Source: Octopus vulgaris (taxonomy: Eukaryota). Taken from it: a DNA stretch of 64,000 nt. A program made the translations under genes and the position numbers. Below are positions 37,785 to 52,229 of this stretch, piece by piece (positions within the stretch are counted from its first letter, which is position 1; the number at the start of each line of letters is the position of its first letter). Location: the NCBI GenBank assembly GCA_951406725.2, contig OX597833.1, forward strand, positions 54,002,001 through 54,066,000, written 5' to 3'. A model generated the notes under the pieces. It searched no databases. It saw only the letters and a list, made by a program, of their open reading frames with translations, and was not told the DNA's origin.

Positions 37785-38240
37785 ACACACATACGCACAC
37801 ACATGCACTTAAACACACACACACACACAAACATATACACATGCACACAAACATGCACACACAAGCATACACATGCACATAAACATGCACACAAACACAT
37901 GCACACAAACACACACACACAAGCACACAAACACACACATGCACACAAACGCACACACATGCAAGCAAACACACACACATGCACACAAACACACACACAT
38001 GCACACAAATATGCACACACATGCACACAAATATGCACACACATGCACACAAACACATGCACACACATGCACACAAACACACACATGCATACAAACACAC
38101 ACATGCACACAAACATGCACACACAAGCACATATATGCACATAAACATGCACACATAAACATGCACCCACATGCACACAAACACATGCACACAAATATCC
38201 ACACACATGCACACAAACACGTGCACACACATGAACACAA
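37785..38240. repeat. (ACACATGCACACAA)-like minisatellite
   Basis: Directly visible. Confidence 0.88.
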
Positions 38241-38630
38241 ATGGATTAAGTCGATTATATCGACCCCAGTGCATAACTGGTACTTATTTAATCGACCCCA
38301 GTGAGTAACTGGTACTTATTTAATCGACCTCGAAAGAAGGAAAGGCAAAGTCGACCTCGGTGGAATTTGAACTCAGAATGTAGTGGCAGACAAAATACCT
38401 ATTTCTTTACTACTCACAAGGGGCTAAACACAGAGAGGACAAACAAGGACAGACAAATGGATTAAGTCGATTATATCGACCCCAGTGCGTAACTGCTACT
38501 TATTTAATCGACCCCGAAAGGCGGAAAGGTAAAGTCGACTTCGGTGAAATTTGAACTCAGAACGTAGTGGCAGACGAAATACCGCTAAGCATTTTGCCCA
38601 GCGTGCTGACATTTCTGCCAGCTCACAGCC
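38235..38630 (-). mobile_element. SINE family B dimer with an internal 31-bp duplication
   Basis: Reverse complement of B; atcgaccccagtgNNtaactggtacttattt occurs twice. Confidence 0.88.
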
Positions 38631-38971
38631 TACGTTTGTACAGGGAGGGTAATATGGCACTTGTGTCTCTCTCTCCCTAGTGACACTGTGCTAACAGCTA
38701 TGGAAATCAATCGTGATGTCACTAGTGCCAAGCTGTACTGGCCTTTACCTTTCCTTTGGATAATGTCGGTGGCATGGAGATGGGGGACTGGTATGCATGG
38801 AGGACTGCTGGTCTTCTATAAACAATATTGCCTGGACTTGTGCCTTGGAGGGGAACTTTCTAGGTGCAATACCATGGTCATTCATGACTGAAGGGGGTCT
38901 ATACCCTTTACTACTAAATTCACTCACAAGGCTTTGGTTGGTCCAAGATTATAGTAGAAGATACTTGACTA

Positions 38972-39360
38972 AGGTGCAGGAGTGACTGTGTGGTAAGTAG
39001 CTTGTTTACCAACCACATGGTTCCGGGTTCAGTCCCACTGCGTGGCACCTTGGGCAACTGTCTTCTACTATAGCCTTAGGCTGACCAAAGCCTTGTGAAT
39101 GGATTTGGTAGATGGAAACTGAAAGAAGCCCATCATATATATGTATGTGCGTGTATATTTGTATGTTTGTGTTTGTCCCCCAAGCATTGCTTGACAACCG
39201 ATGCTGGTGTGTTTATGTCCCCGTCACTTGGCAGTTCGGCAAGGGAGACCGATAGAATAAGTACTGGGCTTACAAAGAATAAGTTCCAGGGTCGAGTTGC
39301 TCGATTAAAGGCGGTGCTCTAGCATGGCCACAGTCAAAATGACTGAAACAAGTAAAAAGA
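38972..39360 (+). mobile_element. SINE family A, full length, joined to an antisense A fragment (38910-38975)
   Basis: Matches consensus. Confidence 0.9.
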
Positions 39361-40040
39361 GAAAGAAAAAGAAGAACCTAAAACCATGTAGACGGAGAGC
39401 AAACTTCTTAACCCCAGGGCCATGCTTGAGCCACGCAAAAATAAATATAAAAACTGCAAAAGAAAAGATAAAATAAAATTCATTTTGAATTTTGGTAGTT
39501 TTCGGCTGTTATTCCTAATGAGAGGAGTGGTAAGGGGCAGTGTCCAGGACCTTTGCCAGTCCTTCACATGGCCAGATTGCTGAGATGAGAGTGATGTGGT
39601 CAGAGTTCTCCTCTGAGTATTCATAGCTCAGTGTTGCAAGAAAAGTCTGAGCAGATGGAGTATGAAGGAGGAGTTACAGAGAGTTGTTAGACTCAAGGAG
39701 TGAGTGCTCCAGCATGACCAGAGATGACACTGCTCTATATCACTTAAAGTACTCTGAAGACTAGAAGAGTTAGAGATGTAGGAAGAGGAGGTGAAAGAAA
39801 GTGAAAAGAGGAAATAAGGAAAAGAAGTAAGAGTGGGAAGAGAAGGAAGAGGAGGAGGGGAGAAAGAGCTTATGAATATGAGAGAGAAGGGGAGGAGGGA
39901 AAGGGTGAAGGAAGTGGGGTGGCGACGGTAAATGAGAACTAATTGGAAATACTTAATTGTCAAATGTTGTTAAACATGTTTCATAACGAAACTGGATTGA
40001 CTGCCTAGTTACATGTATGTGAGGTGTGCGTGCATGCGTG

Positions 40041-40084
<44 letters not shown>

Positions 40085-40139
40085 TGTGTGTGTGTGTGTG
40101 TGTTTGTGTATCTGTTTAATGTTTTATTTATCTACAGAT

Positions 40140-40419
40140 GACAATAAATGATAATAATAATAATAATAATAGTAATAATAGTAATAATAATAATAATGAT
40201 AATAATAATGGTAATAATAATAATAACAATAATAACAACAACAATAATAATCATAATGATCATCATCATCATCATCATAATAACAATAATAATAATAATA
40301 ATAATAGTAATAATAGTAATAATAATAATAATGATAATAATAATGGTAATAATAATAATAACAATAATAACAACAACAATAATAATCATAATGATCATCA
40401 TCATCATCATCATAATAAC

Positions 40420-40461
<42 letters not shown>

Positions 40462-40500
40462 AAAAATAATAATATTAACAACAACAACAACAACAACAAT

Positions 40501-40580
<80 letters not shown>
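40140..40580. repeat. (AAT)/(AAC)/(CAT) microsatellite with a ~130-bp internal duplication
   Basis: Directly visible. Confidence 0.95.
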
Positions 40581-40582
<2 letters not shown>

Positions 40583-40921
40583 GATCATAGATATAGCTTG
40601 CCCAGCTGACAAGGAAGAAAGAAAAGTTGAGAGATATGACATATGATATGCTTGGGAAGTTAAGCAGTTGTGGACGATGAAAAAGGTGGCAGTAGTACCA
40701 ATAATTGTCAGAGCCCTGGGAACAGTGAGCAAAAATCTCGAGAAGTATGTGGAACAAACAGGGGCTGCAATAAGGGTGGAGCACTTGCAGAAAATAGCAC
40801 TGCTTGGAACCGCCCGAATACTCCGGAAGGTGCTCGAAAGATAAGAGGTGTTACTTTAGTTCACTGGTAGCGAACAGCTGACACCATAGTACATCCCCAG
40901 CATTAGAAGCTGTGCAAAGGC
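40581..40921 (+). mobile_element. R4/Dong-type non-LTR retrotransposon 3' end (restriction-like endonuclease C-terminus) in (TAA)n
   Basis: WIIDIACPAD…KVERYD…WEVKQLWTMKKVAVVPIIVRALGTVSKNLEKY…LQKIALLGTARILRKVLER*; (AAT)n on both sides. Confidence 0.88.
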
Positions 40922-41005
<84 letters not shown>

Positions 41006-41042
41006 AATAATAATAATAATAATGATAATAATGATAATAATG

Positions 41043-41104
<62 letters not shown>

Positions 41105-41108
<4 letters not shown>

Positions 41109-41323
41109 GTTTTGAATTTATGCCACAAGGGCAACAGTTTTGGAAGAGAGGATGAACTGATTACATTGACCCCAGTGTTCAACTGGTACTTATTTTATCG
41201 ACCCCTAAAAGGATGAAAGGTGAAGTCTACTTTGGCAGAATTTGAACTCAGAATGTAGCGATGAGCAAAATACTGCTAAGCATATTGTCCAGCACATTAA
41301 CGATTCTGTCAGCTCGCTGCCTT
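41105..41323 (-). mobile_element. SINE B-related, older variant
   Basis: ggtacttattttatcgacccctaaaaggatgaaagg…gaatttgaactcagaa. Confidence 0.7.
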
Positions 41324-41368
41324 AATATTAATATTAACATAATTATCAATAATAATAATAATAATAAT

Positions 41369-41406
<38 letters not shown>

Positions 41407-41457
41407 TGATGATGATGATGATAATTATAATAATAATAATAATAATGATGATGATGG

Positions 41458-41545
<88 letters not shown>

Positions 41546-41702
41546 GATAATAATTATAATAATAATAATCCTTTCTACTAAAGGTACAAGGCCTGAAATT
41601 TTAGGGGAGGAGACTAGTGTGTGTATGTGTGTGTGTGTATGTGTGTGTGTATGTGTATGTGTGTGTGTGCGTGTATGTGTGTGTATATGTGTGTGTATAC
41701 GT

Positions 41703-41746
<44 letters not shown>

Positions 41747-42039
41747 ATGTGTGTGTAAGTCTTCCTATTGTCTTGAGACTGATTGTACAGTGCGTAAAAA
41801 CAATGCATTCTTCTATGCAATGATGTCTTTGTTTACAATCTGCCCAGAAAACATGCCAGGCCATTGAACTGTTCACTGGGCTGGGAGAAATGATACCTTA
41901 CACAGGAACAAGTGTGGATTGGCAACATGAAGGCCATCTGAAGCATACAAAGAAATTGTCTCAATAAATTCTGTTTGCCCAACGAAAGCAAGAAAAAAGT
42001 ACGCATCAGATCGATGATGGTTAATGTCATCAACAACAA

Positions 42040-42544
42040 TGACGAAGATGGCAATGATGATGATGATGGTGGTGATGATGACGCTGACAATAATGATGAT
42101 GATGGTGGTGGTGGTGGTGGTTGGTGGTGTTAATGATGATTGTGGTGATGATGGGGATAATGGGAGTGGCAGTGGCGGTAGGGATTATGGTGGTGGAGGT
42201 AGCGGAGGTGTCAGTATTGGCAATGGCAGAGGAAATGGCAACGGCGATGTTGATGATGATGGTGATGGTGATGATGCTGATGCTGATGATGATCATGATG
42301 ATGATAGTGGTGGTGAAGGTGGTATGAGTGATGGTGATGGTGGGGGTGACGGTCGTGGGAATGATGATGGTGGTGGCGGTGGAAATGATGATGATGATAG
42401 TCACAACAACAACGACGATGACAACAATTGATGATGATTGTTATAATGGTAAGGATGATGAGGACGATAATATTGAAGATGATGATGATGATGATGATGA
42501 TGATGGTGGTGGTGATGATGTGGATAATGATGATGATGGTGATG

Positions 42545-42594
<50 letters not shown>

Positions 42595-42620
42595 GAGGAT
42601 GATGATGGTGATGATGATGG

Positions 42621-42660
<40 letters not shown>

Positions 42661-42793
42661 AATGATGATGATAATGATGATGAGCATGATGGTGATGGTG
42701 ATGATGATCATGATGAGGATGATGAGGATGATGAGGATGATGATGGTGATGATGATGGTGATGATGATGATGGTGGTGATGATGAGGATAATG

Positions 42794-42825
<32 letters not shown>

Positions 42826-42844
42826 GATGATGATGGTGGTGGTG

Positions 42845-42876
<32 letters not shown>

Positions 42877-42933
42877 GAGGAGGACGACGACAATGATGAT
42901 GATGATGATGATGATGAAGATGATGATGATGAT
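42040..42933. repeat. Degenerate (GAT)/(GGT)n microsatellite
   Basis: Directly visible. Confidence 0.95.
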
Positions 42934-43164
42934 GCATTGCTTGAAACAGTGGCTGGAACTGAACTGACAAAAAAAAAAAGAACAAACCCATCAGGAAACA
43001 ACATCAGCAGAATTTGATGCATGTGATTTGTCTCTGTTTCATTTACTCATAACAAACAAATATTTAAGATGGCAGCCAGAAGAAACGAGAAATACAGTAA
43101 TACAGTGACGGGAAGGCAAGCAGACAAGCAGACAAGCAGGCAGACAGGCAGACAGGCAGACAAG

Positions 43165-43204
<40 letters not shown>

Positions 43205-43284
43205 CATTTTTCTTTCTTTTACAATGAATTAACACTAAGAGGTGCAGACAAGAAAAAGAGAAGCTTCATACATACACACGTGTG

Positions 43285-43830
<546 letters not shown>

Positions 43831-44213
43831 TACTGTACGACATAACACTTCCGATTCGATTTGAAAGTAGTCATGAGATAAATAAGTAAATCAATAAATA
43901 CATTTATGTGGTGATAAACAAGATTATAAATAAATAAAAAAAAATAAATAATAATAATAAAATATTGTACCAAGAACACGAATAACAAAATAGCAGTATA
44001 CAATGAATAAGTAATGTGCAATATGTAAAGGGGTCTTTTTTTTTTTTGTTTTCTTTTTTTCTTTCTAATTCTCAATGATGCTGGAGAAAGCGGTGTTGGT
44101 CGCAATGGAAGTTTCAGGAGTATTTTGTTGAGTTTTAGAAACATGACAGAGGAATATGACGAAAAAATAAAATAAATAAAAGAATGAAAAAAATAAATAA
44201 ATAAATAAATATA

Positions 44214-44620
44214 GGCGCAGGAGTGGCTGTGTGGTAAGTAGCTTGTTTACCAACCACACGATTCCGGGTTCAGTCCCACTGCGTGGCATCTTGGGCAAGT
44301 GTCTTCTACTATAGCCTCGGGCCGACCAAAGCCTTGTGAGTGGATTTGGTAGATGGAAACTGAAAGAAGCCCGTCGTATATATGTATATATATATATGCG
44401 TGTGTGTGTTTGTGTGTCTGTGTTTGTCCCCCTAGCATTGCTTGACAACCGATGCTGGTGTGTTTATGTCCCCGTTACTTAGCGGTTCGGCAAAAGAGAC
44501 CGATGGAATAAGTACTGGGCTTACAAAAGAATAAGTCCCGGGGTCGAGTTGCTCGATTAAAGGCGGTGCTCCAGCATGGCCGCAGTCATATGACTGAAAC
44601 AAGTAAAAGAGTAAAAGAGT
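44214..44620 (+). mobile_element. SINE family A, full length, young
   Basis: Near-consensus with CpGs retained. Confidence 0.95.
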
Positions 44621-45219
44621 AAATAAAAAACAAAAGAATGGAAAAAAAATAATAAAAAACAAAAGAATGACAAAAAATAAATAAATGCAACGTTGGTGTA
44701 TTTTCTTGTAACCGAGATGATTAAGGAAGTGGCGGAGGGTGGTGTGAGGGCAAAGAAGCGGGGGGGGGGGGAGGTTGTTAATAAATGGGGGTGGGTGGGT
44801 GGATGTGAGGATGGGAAGTGCATTCGCAGACGTTTATTCTTTAGATTTGATAAAGACTGGCTGGATTCTGTACGGAGCCATAAATTAAATTTCATGGAGG
44901 AGGAGGATGAGGATGAGGATGAGGAGGAGGAGGAGGAGGAGGAGGAGGAGAATGTCATTGGGTGGTTGGGTGGACGGGTGGGTCGGGTTATTGGTAGGGA
45001 ATTTAGGATTGTATTAAATGTGGCTGTTAGGGAGGAGATGGAGAGAGAGAGAGAGAGGGAAATAGCTATATACATGCAAGCAAGTGTTTGCATATATGTA
45101 CACACACACATGCACGCACACACACACACACATGCAGGTACGATATACATATACATGCATGCATACATATACATATAGTATTTATCTATTTGCTATCTCA
45201 TCTATATACAAATATACTG

Positions 45220-45268
<49 letters not shown>

Positions 45269-45422
45269 AGGTTTGGAGATGATGTACAGGTATTTTATAT
45301 AAGTTGCAACTTATATGTTATATGATGTATAAAAAATGTAATATACAAATAAATATCTGTAAATATAAACCATCCGATTTTCTGAGTACCTCATTTCTTC
45401 TAATATATATATATGTATATAC

Positions 45423-45457
<35 letters not shown>

Positions 45458-45750
45458 TGTATGTATGTATGTATGTATGTAGGCGCAGGAGTAGCTGTGT
45501 GGTAAGAATGACTGAAACAAGTAAAAGTAAAAGAGAGTATATATATATATCTATTATTCAGTCAAACCGTCCAACCCATGCTAGCATGGAAAGCGGATGT
45601 AAAATCCACCTGATGAATGTCATTTGAAGACAGGAAACAACTGTAGTGGCGATTTATTTATTTATATTAAAATTTTTTTATGTATTGATTAAGTCTTTCC
45701 TTGTTTGATTTGCAAAATAGTGGTTTTGTCTCTAATTAATATTATATATA

Positions 45751-46285
45751 TCTATTATATAAAATCCGTTCTGTCTGTCTGTCTGTGTGTGTCTTCTCAG
45801 ATCTCGGGCATCCTCCATCTGATTGCACTCAAATTTGATATGTAGATACTGACAGTATCAGGGTGTGTATAAAGTCTTGAAAAAATTACAAAAATCGATT
45901 CCAGGTGAGAATGCGATCGATAAAGCCATATTTGTCCTGCTTTTCTTCCATCAGCCTGTACATAACTGCACCTTCCATTTTTTGTTGTTTTTGTACTGCT
46001 TAAAGGCACGTTTCTTTCCTGCCAAGCTTACTGTTTAAACCAAGTTTGTGTTCTCCCAGTCAACAGCCTTATCATTACTGGTACTTTAAACTCTTCGGTT
46101 GCATATTTGCGTGAATAAAATCGTTTTTCTTTGGAATAGAAAAAAAGTCTATCTTTATTTCTTCTTTTGCTGGTGTCTCAAATTTAGGTTAAATCAGTGT
46201 TTCTCAAAGGGGAGGCCTATGGGATGGTCGGACAAATTGTTTTGAGAAAATTTGGTTTAAATGTTTGACAACTCAGTACCATCTA
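45751..46285 (+). mobile_element. Non-autonomous Helitron-like element (5' end clear, 3' end not seen)
   Basis: A|TCtattatataaaatccgtt(ctgt)n start; homologue at 61395-61750 (-). Confidence 0.7.
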
Positions 46286-46519
46286 TAAGTTATAGGGCTG
46301 GTCAGCAATTTTGATTATTTTATTAAGTAATAAGTGTGCTTATTCAAAGATTAAGCTGTAGGAAAAAAACAAAAAAATACTTGATGTGATAGAAGAAAAC
46401 TGACTGTAACTTTGAAATCAGCATACCAATTTTAATCTAAATCAAGTGTAAAATGAAATCCAACAGAAATTATATTCAAAACTGTTCCCCTGTGTATATT
46501 CCTCATTTATAACAACAAC

Positions 46520-46857
46520 CCATGGCACATAAAAGGGCACCACCCGTGGCATGTAAAAGGGCACCATTTGAGCGTGATCATTACCAACGTTGCTTCAATG
46601 GCACCTGTGCCAGTGGCATGTGTAAAAAGATTTGAGCGAGGTTGTTGCCAGTACCACCCGACTGGCCCCCATGCCGGTAGCATGTATAAAGCACCCACTA
46701 CACTCTCAAAGTGGTTGGCATTAGGAAGGGCATCCAGCTGTAGAAACTCTGCCAGATCAAGATTGGAGCCTGGTGCAGCCATCTGGCTCACCAGCCCTCA
46801 GTCAGAATTGTCCAACCCATGCTAGCATGGAAAGCGGACGTTAAATGATGATGATGA
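46520..46857 (+). mobile_element. RTE 3' UTR (family C)
   Basis: Several units plus tail. Confidence 0.87.
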
Positions 46858-47124
46858 ATCTATTGTTTGGTATAATTTTCGAAATGGTTGGTTTATGGCT
46901 TCATGTCTAAACATCTATAATCAGTGATAAGAAAACACCTGAACATCTGCACTACATAAACTAAACTGATAAGTATTTGAGCAAAGGGAGATATCTACAC
47001 TTCTGTCTGATTCATTCAAAGTCTATGGAAAAATATTGATTCAGTCAAGTTCACAATTTGACTGAGATTGTCACAGGAACATAATTGATAAATATGCTGA
47101 GGCTGTAATTTCCTTTGTTAAGTA

Positions 47125-48075
47125 CATCATCATCATCGTCATCATCATTGCTTGACATTCATTTTCCATACTGGCATCAACTAAGAGCACCATCCGAGCG
47201 TGATCGTTGCCGGAGCGGCTAACTGGCTTCCGTGTTGGTGGCATGTAAAAGGCACTATTCGAGCATGATCGTTACCAGCATCGCCTTACTGGCACCCGTG
47301 CCGGTGGCATGTGTAAAAGATTCGAGCGAGGTTGTTGCCAGTACCACCCGACTGGCCCCCGTGCCGGTGGCACGTAAAAAGCACCCACTACACTCTCAGA
47401 GTGGTTGGCATTAGGAAGGGCAGCCAGCCGTAGAACTCTGCCAGATCAAGTTGGAGCCTGGTGCAGCCATCTGATTCGCCAGCCCTCAGTCAAAATCATC
47501 CAACCCATGCTAGCATGGAAAGCGGACATTAAACGATGATGATGATGATGACTGGATGGTATGACAAGAGGTTGACTTTACCTTTCATCCTTTCGGGGTC
47601 GATTAAATAAGTACCAGTTATGTACTGGGGTTGATATATTAGACTTAATCTGTTTGTTTGTCCTCTCTGTGTTTACCCCCTTGTGGGTAGTAAAGAAATA
47701 GAAATAGGTATGACAAGAGCTGGCAAGTCAGGAAGATGTCCAGACTTCAGTTGTCTATTGTGGCATGGTTTCTAGAGCTGGATGCCCTTCCTAACACCAG
47801 TCATTTTCCAGAGTGTGCTGGGTGCTTTTTACATGCCACAAATATGGGTGTACTTAGACAGAACTGGCACATGTGCATTTTATGTGGCACTGGCACCTAT
47901 AAAGGACAAGTCTGTATGTATGGACAACAGTGGTTTTACTTAGCTCGATGTGTCTCCTCAAGTACAGAAAATCACTACAATTCCTGGACCCTTGTCATTT
48001 CCTCAGTGAGGCCCAGTGTCCTAAGATCCTTTCTCACTACATCATCCCATGCCTTCTTGGGTCTACCCTTCCACA
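47125..48075 (-). mobile_element. Old RTE 3' end (minus strand) holding a nested C(+) copy (47180-47550) and a truncated SINE B (47571-47706)
   Basis: Minus strand 48075-47950 gives GRPKKAWDDVVRKDLRTLGLTEEMTR; B TSD ggtatgacaagag at 47558-47570 and 47707-47719. Confidence 0.8.
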
Positions 48076-48123
48076 CCAGTTAAATTCTAAAAGTAGAATT
48101 AGGAACTGGATAAGAGCATGAAA

Positions 48124-48519
48124 TCTTTATATATAAAAGTGAGGTTGTGTGCTGTCTGTCTCCTACGATTTAGATTCCTAACTACTCCCTCATTTTGCGG
48201 TGCAGTTTAACCAAAACCGGGTATCTTATAGTCGTGATTTATATTGAGCCCTTCTGGGTATTAGCGCGCGTCTACAATGAGTCTACGATTTTAAAAGAAT
48301 TTACCATCAATTTTTCCCATTTTTAATGCATTTTTGGCATATATAAGGGAAGTAACTCTCTAAAAATTTATTATTAAATCTCAGAACGTAAAAAGCTACA
48401 GTAACACCCCCCCCTTTGTGGTTAGCCATATTGAGATGGCTATTATACTTTACATCTCTAAAAATGCTTATATAGTTATTTCCCTTACAAACCCGAGCAA
48501 CACCGGGCGATACTGCTAG
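48124..48519 (+). mobile_element. Non-autonomous Helitron, complete
   Basis: A|TCtttatatataaaag start, subterminal hairpin cccgagcaacaccggg, CTAG|T end, no TSD. Confidence 0.88.
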
Positions 48520-48529
48520 TAGAATATAA

Positions 48530-48920
48530 CATCATCATCATTTTTCATTTAGCGTCCGCTTTCCATGCTAGCATGGGTTGGACGGGTCAACTGGGGTCTG
48601 TGAAGCTGGAAGGCTTCGTCAGGCCCAGTCAGATCTGGCAATGTTTCTACAGCTGGATGCCCTTCCTAACGCCAACCACTCCGCGAGTGTAGTGGGTGTT
48701 TTTTACGTGCCACCTGCACAGGTGCCAGACAGAGCTGGCGAACGGCCACGAACGGATGGTGCTTTTACGTGTCACCGGCACGGGGCCAGGCGATGCTGGC
48801 AACGGACATGAACGGACGGTGCTTTTACGTGCCACCGACACGGGGCCAGACAGAGCTGGCAAACGGCCATGAATGGACGGTGCTTTTACGTGTCACCGGC
48901 ACGGGGGCCAGCCGAGGCTG
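48530..48920 (-). mobile_element. RTE 3' UTR (family C), four units
   Basis: Reverse complement of C. Confidence 0.88.
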
Positions 48921-49409
48921 ACAACGAACATGGAAAAGAAAACACAAAAGAAAACACAAAGAAAACACAAAGAAAAATAAAAGTTCTTTGCTGTAGATTG
49001 GCAAGAAGATAAATGGGAAATAGTTTTGTAAGGTGGGGTGGGATGGAACATAAAGCGATATGAACATATCTACAATCTCTGCATTGTTGCACTCTCTGTC
49101 TCGCATTTGTATAAACACAGTTTAAGATTCATAGTGGCTGTGTCCAGTTACGTAATATGAACTTATCTACTTGTTTACATTTATCAACAGTTTTTTAAAC
49201 TTAGCATTTTAAATTTAGTCCTTGATGCAGCAGATATTTTTTTTTTTATATATATTCAGCTTTTCTGTGCAAGTGCATTAGTCATATCTGATGTAGCCAT
49301 TTTTATTACAAAGTTCTGAATCTGTCAACGATTTTTCTGTTTTATGTTACGGCATACGTGGCCTTTGCTTTTTTAAAAACTAGATCTATCTCAACGTTCT
49401 TGTTGTAAA

Positions 49410-49507
49410 TCACCATCATCATCAGCAGCAGCATCATCACCATCATCACCATCATCATCATCATCATCATATCATCATCATATCATCATCATCATCATCA
49501 TCACCAC

Positions 49508-49584
<77 letters not shown>

Positions 49585-49595
49585 CCACCCCCACC

Positions 49596-49671
<76 letters not shown>

Positions 49672-49730
49672 CCACCACCACCACCACCACCACCACCACA
49701 ACCCTCCTCCTCCTCCTCATCATCATCATC
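49410..49730. repeat. (CAT)/(CAC)n microsatellite
   Basis: Directly visible. Confidence 0.95.
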
Positions 49731-49899
49731 GTTTAACAACCATGTTCCATGCTGGCAAAGGCTGGATGGTGAGACAGATTGCACCATGCTCCACTGTCTG
49801 CTTTGGTAAGGTTTTTATGGCCGCAAAGCTATTCCTAATGCCAACCACTTTATAACATATACTGTGTGCTTTTTCTTTTTCATACACACACACACACAA

Positions 49900-50063
49900 A
49901 ATCAGGCTTCTTTTCAGTTTCCGTCTACCAAATCCACTCACAAGGCTTTGTTCGACCCGAGGCTATAGTAGAAGACACTTGCCCAAAGAACCACACAGTG
50001 GGACTGAACCTGGAACCATGTGGTTGGGAATCAAGCTTCTTATCACACCACAACGCCTGCACC
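49900..50063 (-). mobile_element. SINE family A, 5' half
   Basis: Reverse complement of the A head/core. Confidence 0.85.
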
Positions 50064-50066
50064 TAA

Positions 50067-50245
50067 TGCTTGAAGTGGCATCAGTTTCATTCCCTCAAAT
50101 TCTTGGAGTTTATTCTGAGTCATTCAAGCAGTATTGAGGTCTTGTGTTGTCTTGCTGCAGAAGAGCTTGCTTTCTGTTAAGCAATGCTGAGTATTTTTAC
50201 TGTGCTACAGCATACATCCACTCCAGGTGTTTTGAGTAAACACTT
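50067..50245 (-). pseudogene. Mariner transposase relic (catalytic region)
   Basis: YSKHLEWMYAV…KYSALLNRKQALLQQDNTRP…QNKLQEFEGMKLMP resembles LLQQDNARPH…ELLPHP. Confidence 0.78.
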
Positions 50246-50424
50246 GAAGAGTTAAGATGAAGAATAGGACCCCAGTGCTAATTTTTGAGCCTGTTAATCA
50301 TTCCATTGAGCTCTGTTTGCCAAACTGCTGAGTTACAGGGATGATGTAAGCAAGCCACAACTTATTGTCAAGTGGATGTGGAGGACAAACACAAACACAA
50401 AGACACATACATCAATAATAAAGA

Positions 50425-50711
50425 AAAGCACTGTCCAAACATGGCAGATGCCAGCGCCGCCTTGACTGGCGTCCGGGTCGGTGACACGTAAAAGCACCAA
50501 CCAATTGTGGCCGTTTGCCAGTCTCCTCTGGCCCCGTGTGCTGGTGGCATGAAAAAAGCACCCACTACACTCACGGAGTGGTTGGCATTAGGAAGGGCAT
50601 CCAGCTGTAGAAACTCTGCCAGATCAGACTGGTGCCTGGTGCAGCCTCCTGGCTTCCCAGACCCCAGTTGAACCGTTCAACCCATGCTAGCATGGAAAAC
50701 GGATGTTAAAC

Positions 50712-50743
<32 letters not shown>
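50425..50743 (+). mobile_element. RTE 3' UTR (family C)
   Basis: Units plus tail and (GAT)n; a degenerate second copy follows at 50835-51005. Confidence 0.87.
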
Positions 50744-50744
<1 letters not shown>

Positions 50745-51003
50745 ACAAATACACATACAAACATACATACATACATACATATATATGTGTATATACACAC
50801 TCTCTCACACACACACATGTATCCATACATCATGGGGGTGCCACATTAAAAGCACCCAGCACACACAGTAAAGTGGTTGGTATTAGTAAAGGCATCCAGC
50901 CATAGAAACCAAACCAAATCAGACTGGAACCTGGTGCAGCTCCCAGGCTTGCCAGCTGTGGTCAAACCACCCGACCCTTGCCAGCATGGAAAGCAGATGT
51001 TAA

Positions 51004-51063
<60 letters not shown>

Positions 51064-51149
51064 GTGATGATGGTGATAATGATGGTGGTGATGACGATGA
51101 CGATGATGAAGATGACGGTAGTGGTGGTGGTGGTAATATATATACTGTT

Positions 51150-51380
51150 AAGGCGGCGAGCTGGCAGAAACGTTAGCACGCCGGGCGAAATGCTTAGCGG
51201 TATTTCATCTGCATTACATTGTGAGTTCAAATTCCGCTGAGGTCGACTTTGCCTTTCATCCTTTCGGGGTCGATAAATTAAGTACCAGTTACGCACTGGG
51301 GTCGATGTAATCGACTTAATACCTATGCTGTCCTTGTTTGTCCCCTCTGTGTTTAGCCCCTTGTGGGCAGTAAAGAAATA
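51150..51380 (+). mobile_element. SINE family B monomer
   Basis: Near-consensus; flanking direct repeat ggtaatatatata at 51132 and 51381. Confidence 0.93.
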
Positions 51381-51399
51381 GGTAATATATATATACAAT

Positions 51400-51565
51400 A
51401 AGGCTTCTTTCAATTTCCATCTACCAAAACCCACTCACAAGGATTTGGTCAACCTGGAGCTATAATGCAAGACGCTTGTCCAAGGTGCTGTGGCATGGGA
51501 CCGAACCTGAGACCCCCATGCTTGAGAAAGGAGCTTCTTACCGCACGGCCAAGTCTTTGCCTATA
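51400..51565 (-). mobile_element. SINE family A, degenerate 5' half
   Basis: Reverse complement of A. Confidence 0.7.
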
Positions 51566-51837
51566 CTTATCACGTAGCTACCACGAGCAGTTCAGGTTAG
51601 TTACAAACTTGTTAGTTATAAGCTTTTGTTAGAGTTCCATTCACATCCCTGTTGTGACACATTCACTGACCTCCGTTTCACGGCTGGTAGATCTAAAAAT
51701 ACAACATGATCACTTGCAAACAAGCAATTTCCCATCAAAATTCTTGCCTAGAAGTACACTTAGACAAATATATACACACACACACACACACATGTACATA
51801 TACACACACAAACACTCATGCTTGCATCACATATAAG

Positions 51838-51933
<96 letters not shown>

Positions 51934-51976
51934 GTATGTATATATACTATTGAGTAATTGTAACATATTATTTTAT

Positions 51977-52012
<36 letters not shown>

Positions 52013-52087
52013 TTTAAAGCATATTACTCTACCACTGGTATTTATACTCTTTTTTCCACCTTGTTTCACATTTATGTGTTTACTCGA

Positions 52088-52126
<39 letters not shown>

Positions 52127-52141
52127 GTATATATATATATA

Positions 52142-52229
<88 letters not shown>

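Noticed and set aside
39480-39760. Possible very old LINE C-terminus on the minus strand (IEQCHLWS resembling EYCSHIW)
   Set aside because: Too degenerate to call by eye.
42328-43017. 229-aa poly-Asp ORF resembling acidic biomineral proteins
   Set aside because: (GAT)n microsatellite; no signal peptide; similar tracts occur on both strands across the window.
44214-44290. tRNA gene calls for SINE heads (also 2439, 10832, 61780)
   Set aside because: A/B-box-like motifs are present, but they run into SINE bodies and do not form complete cloverleaves.
44065-44448. Recurrent ORFs MSSNARGTNTDTQ… and MLGGQTQTHKH…
   Set aside because: Antisense translations of SINE A copies, not a gene family.
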